Position numbers and translations under genes: made by a program | Notes under the pieces: model-generated | Database searches by the model: none | The model's input: the letters and a program-made list of their open reading frames with translations, nothing else | What the model was told of the DNA's origin: nothing | DNA from: Anaeramoeba ignava BMAN | Lineage: Eukaryota > Protista > Anaeramoebae | Reading direction: 5' to 3' | Assembly (NCBI GenBank): GCA_028826165.1 | Contig: JAPDFW010000059.1 | Span: forward strand, 558,001 to 622,000 | Length of the DNA stretch: 64,000 bases | Shown here: piece by piece, positions 63,781-64,000 of the stretch | How the letters are laid out: each line of letters begins with the position of its first letter | Position numbering within the stretch: position 1 is the stretch's first letter

Positions 63781-64000
63781 ATGAATGAAATTTTATTTTT
63801 TGGAAGAAATAAATATCCAAAACTTATCAAAAATAAACCAGAAGATATAACAAAACCAATTCAATTTAAATTTGAAAATGAAAATGAAAATGAAAATGAA
63901 AATGAAAAACAAATTAAACAAATTTCAACAGGAAATTATTCAACAATTTTCCTTTTTAAAAATGGAAAAGCAATAGAATATTTAAATAAAAATGATTCAA
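63781..64000 (+). CDS. RCC1-BTB paralog, tandem duplicate (runs off the window)
   Basis: MNEILFFGRNKYPK...ITKPIQFKFENENEN...KQIKQISTGNYSTIFLFKNGKAIEYLN is near-identical at DNA level to 61610-61750. Confidence 0.85.
   Translation, partial: MNEILFFGRNKYPKLIKNKPEDITKPIQFKFENENENENENEKQIKQISTGNYSTIFLFKNGKAIEYLNKNDS

Noticed and set aside
1-64000. Inteins, transposases, retroelements or viral genes
   Set aside because: I recognised no Hint/intein (C...HN), DDE, RT or capsid motifs in any long ORF.
1-64000. Alternative genetic code
   Set aside because: Conserved proteins translate fully with the standard code and end at TAA, TGA or TAG at the expected positions.

Overview
This is a very AT-rich, gene-dense, intron-rich eukaryotic protist locus. 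It uses the standard code and GT-AG introns, many of them filled with microsatellites. The NQ-repeat proteins, LRR/RCC1-BTB genes and TCATTT initiator-like motifs suggest an anaerobic metamonad such as Anaeramoeba (inference, not checked). About 23 protein genes can be modelled: a CH-RhoGEF-PH-ArfGAP-PH protein, a CID protein, a DM10/EFHC protein, CINP-like, MED12, CEP57-like, C1D/Rrp47, LisH-RasGEF, TBCA, PA28, CNEP1R1-like, OCA6-like, AP beta-adaptin, a TMEM272-like protein, pseudouridine-5'-phosphate glycosidase, Ran, a BRSK-like kinase, a cyclin E-like protein, CLN3, LRR-BTB and two tandem RCC1-BTB genes. There are two tRNAs: Ala-CGC and an intron-containing Ser-AGA. The most unusual region is 40.4-49.5 kb: [~160-bp array] - tRNA-Ala - PsuG (with a 2.6-kb intron of phased 10-bp repeats) - tRNA-Ser - [~163-bp array of about 23 units]. 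Both arrays share the same ATTCCACTTTTT core, and the first contains a degenerate copy of the tRNA-Ala 3' end. Several ORFs have single-base frameshifts in homopolymers or repeats, most likely assembly errors. All homology calls come from motif recognition by eye, with no database search.
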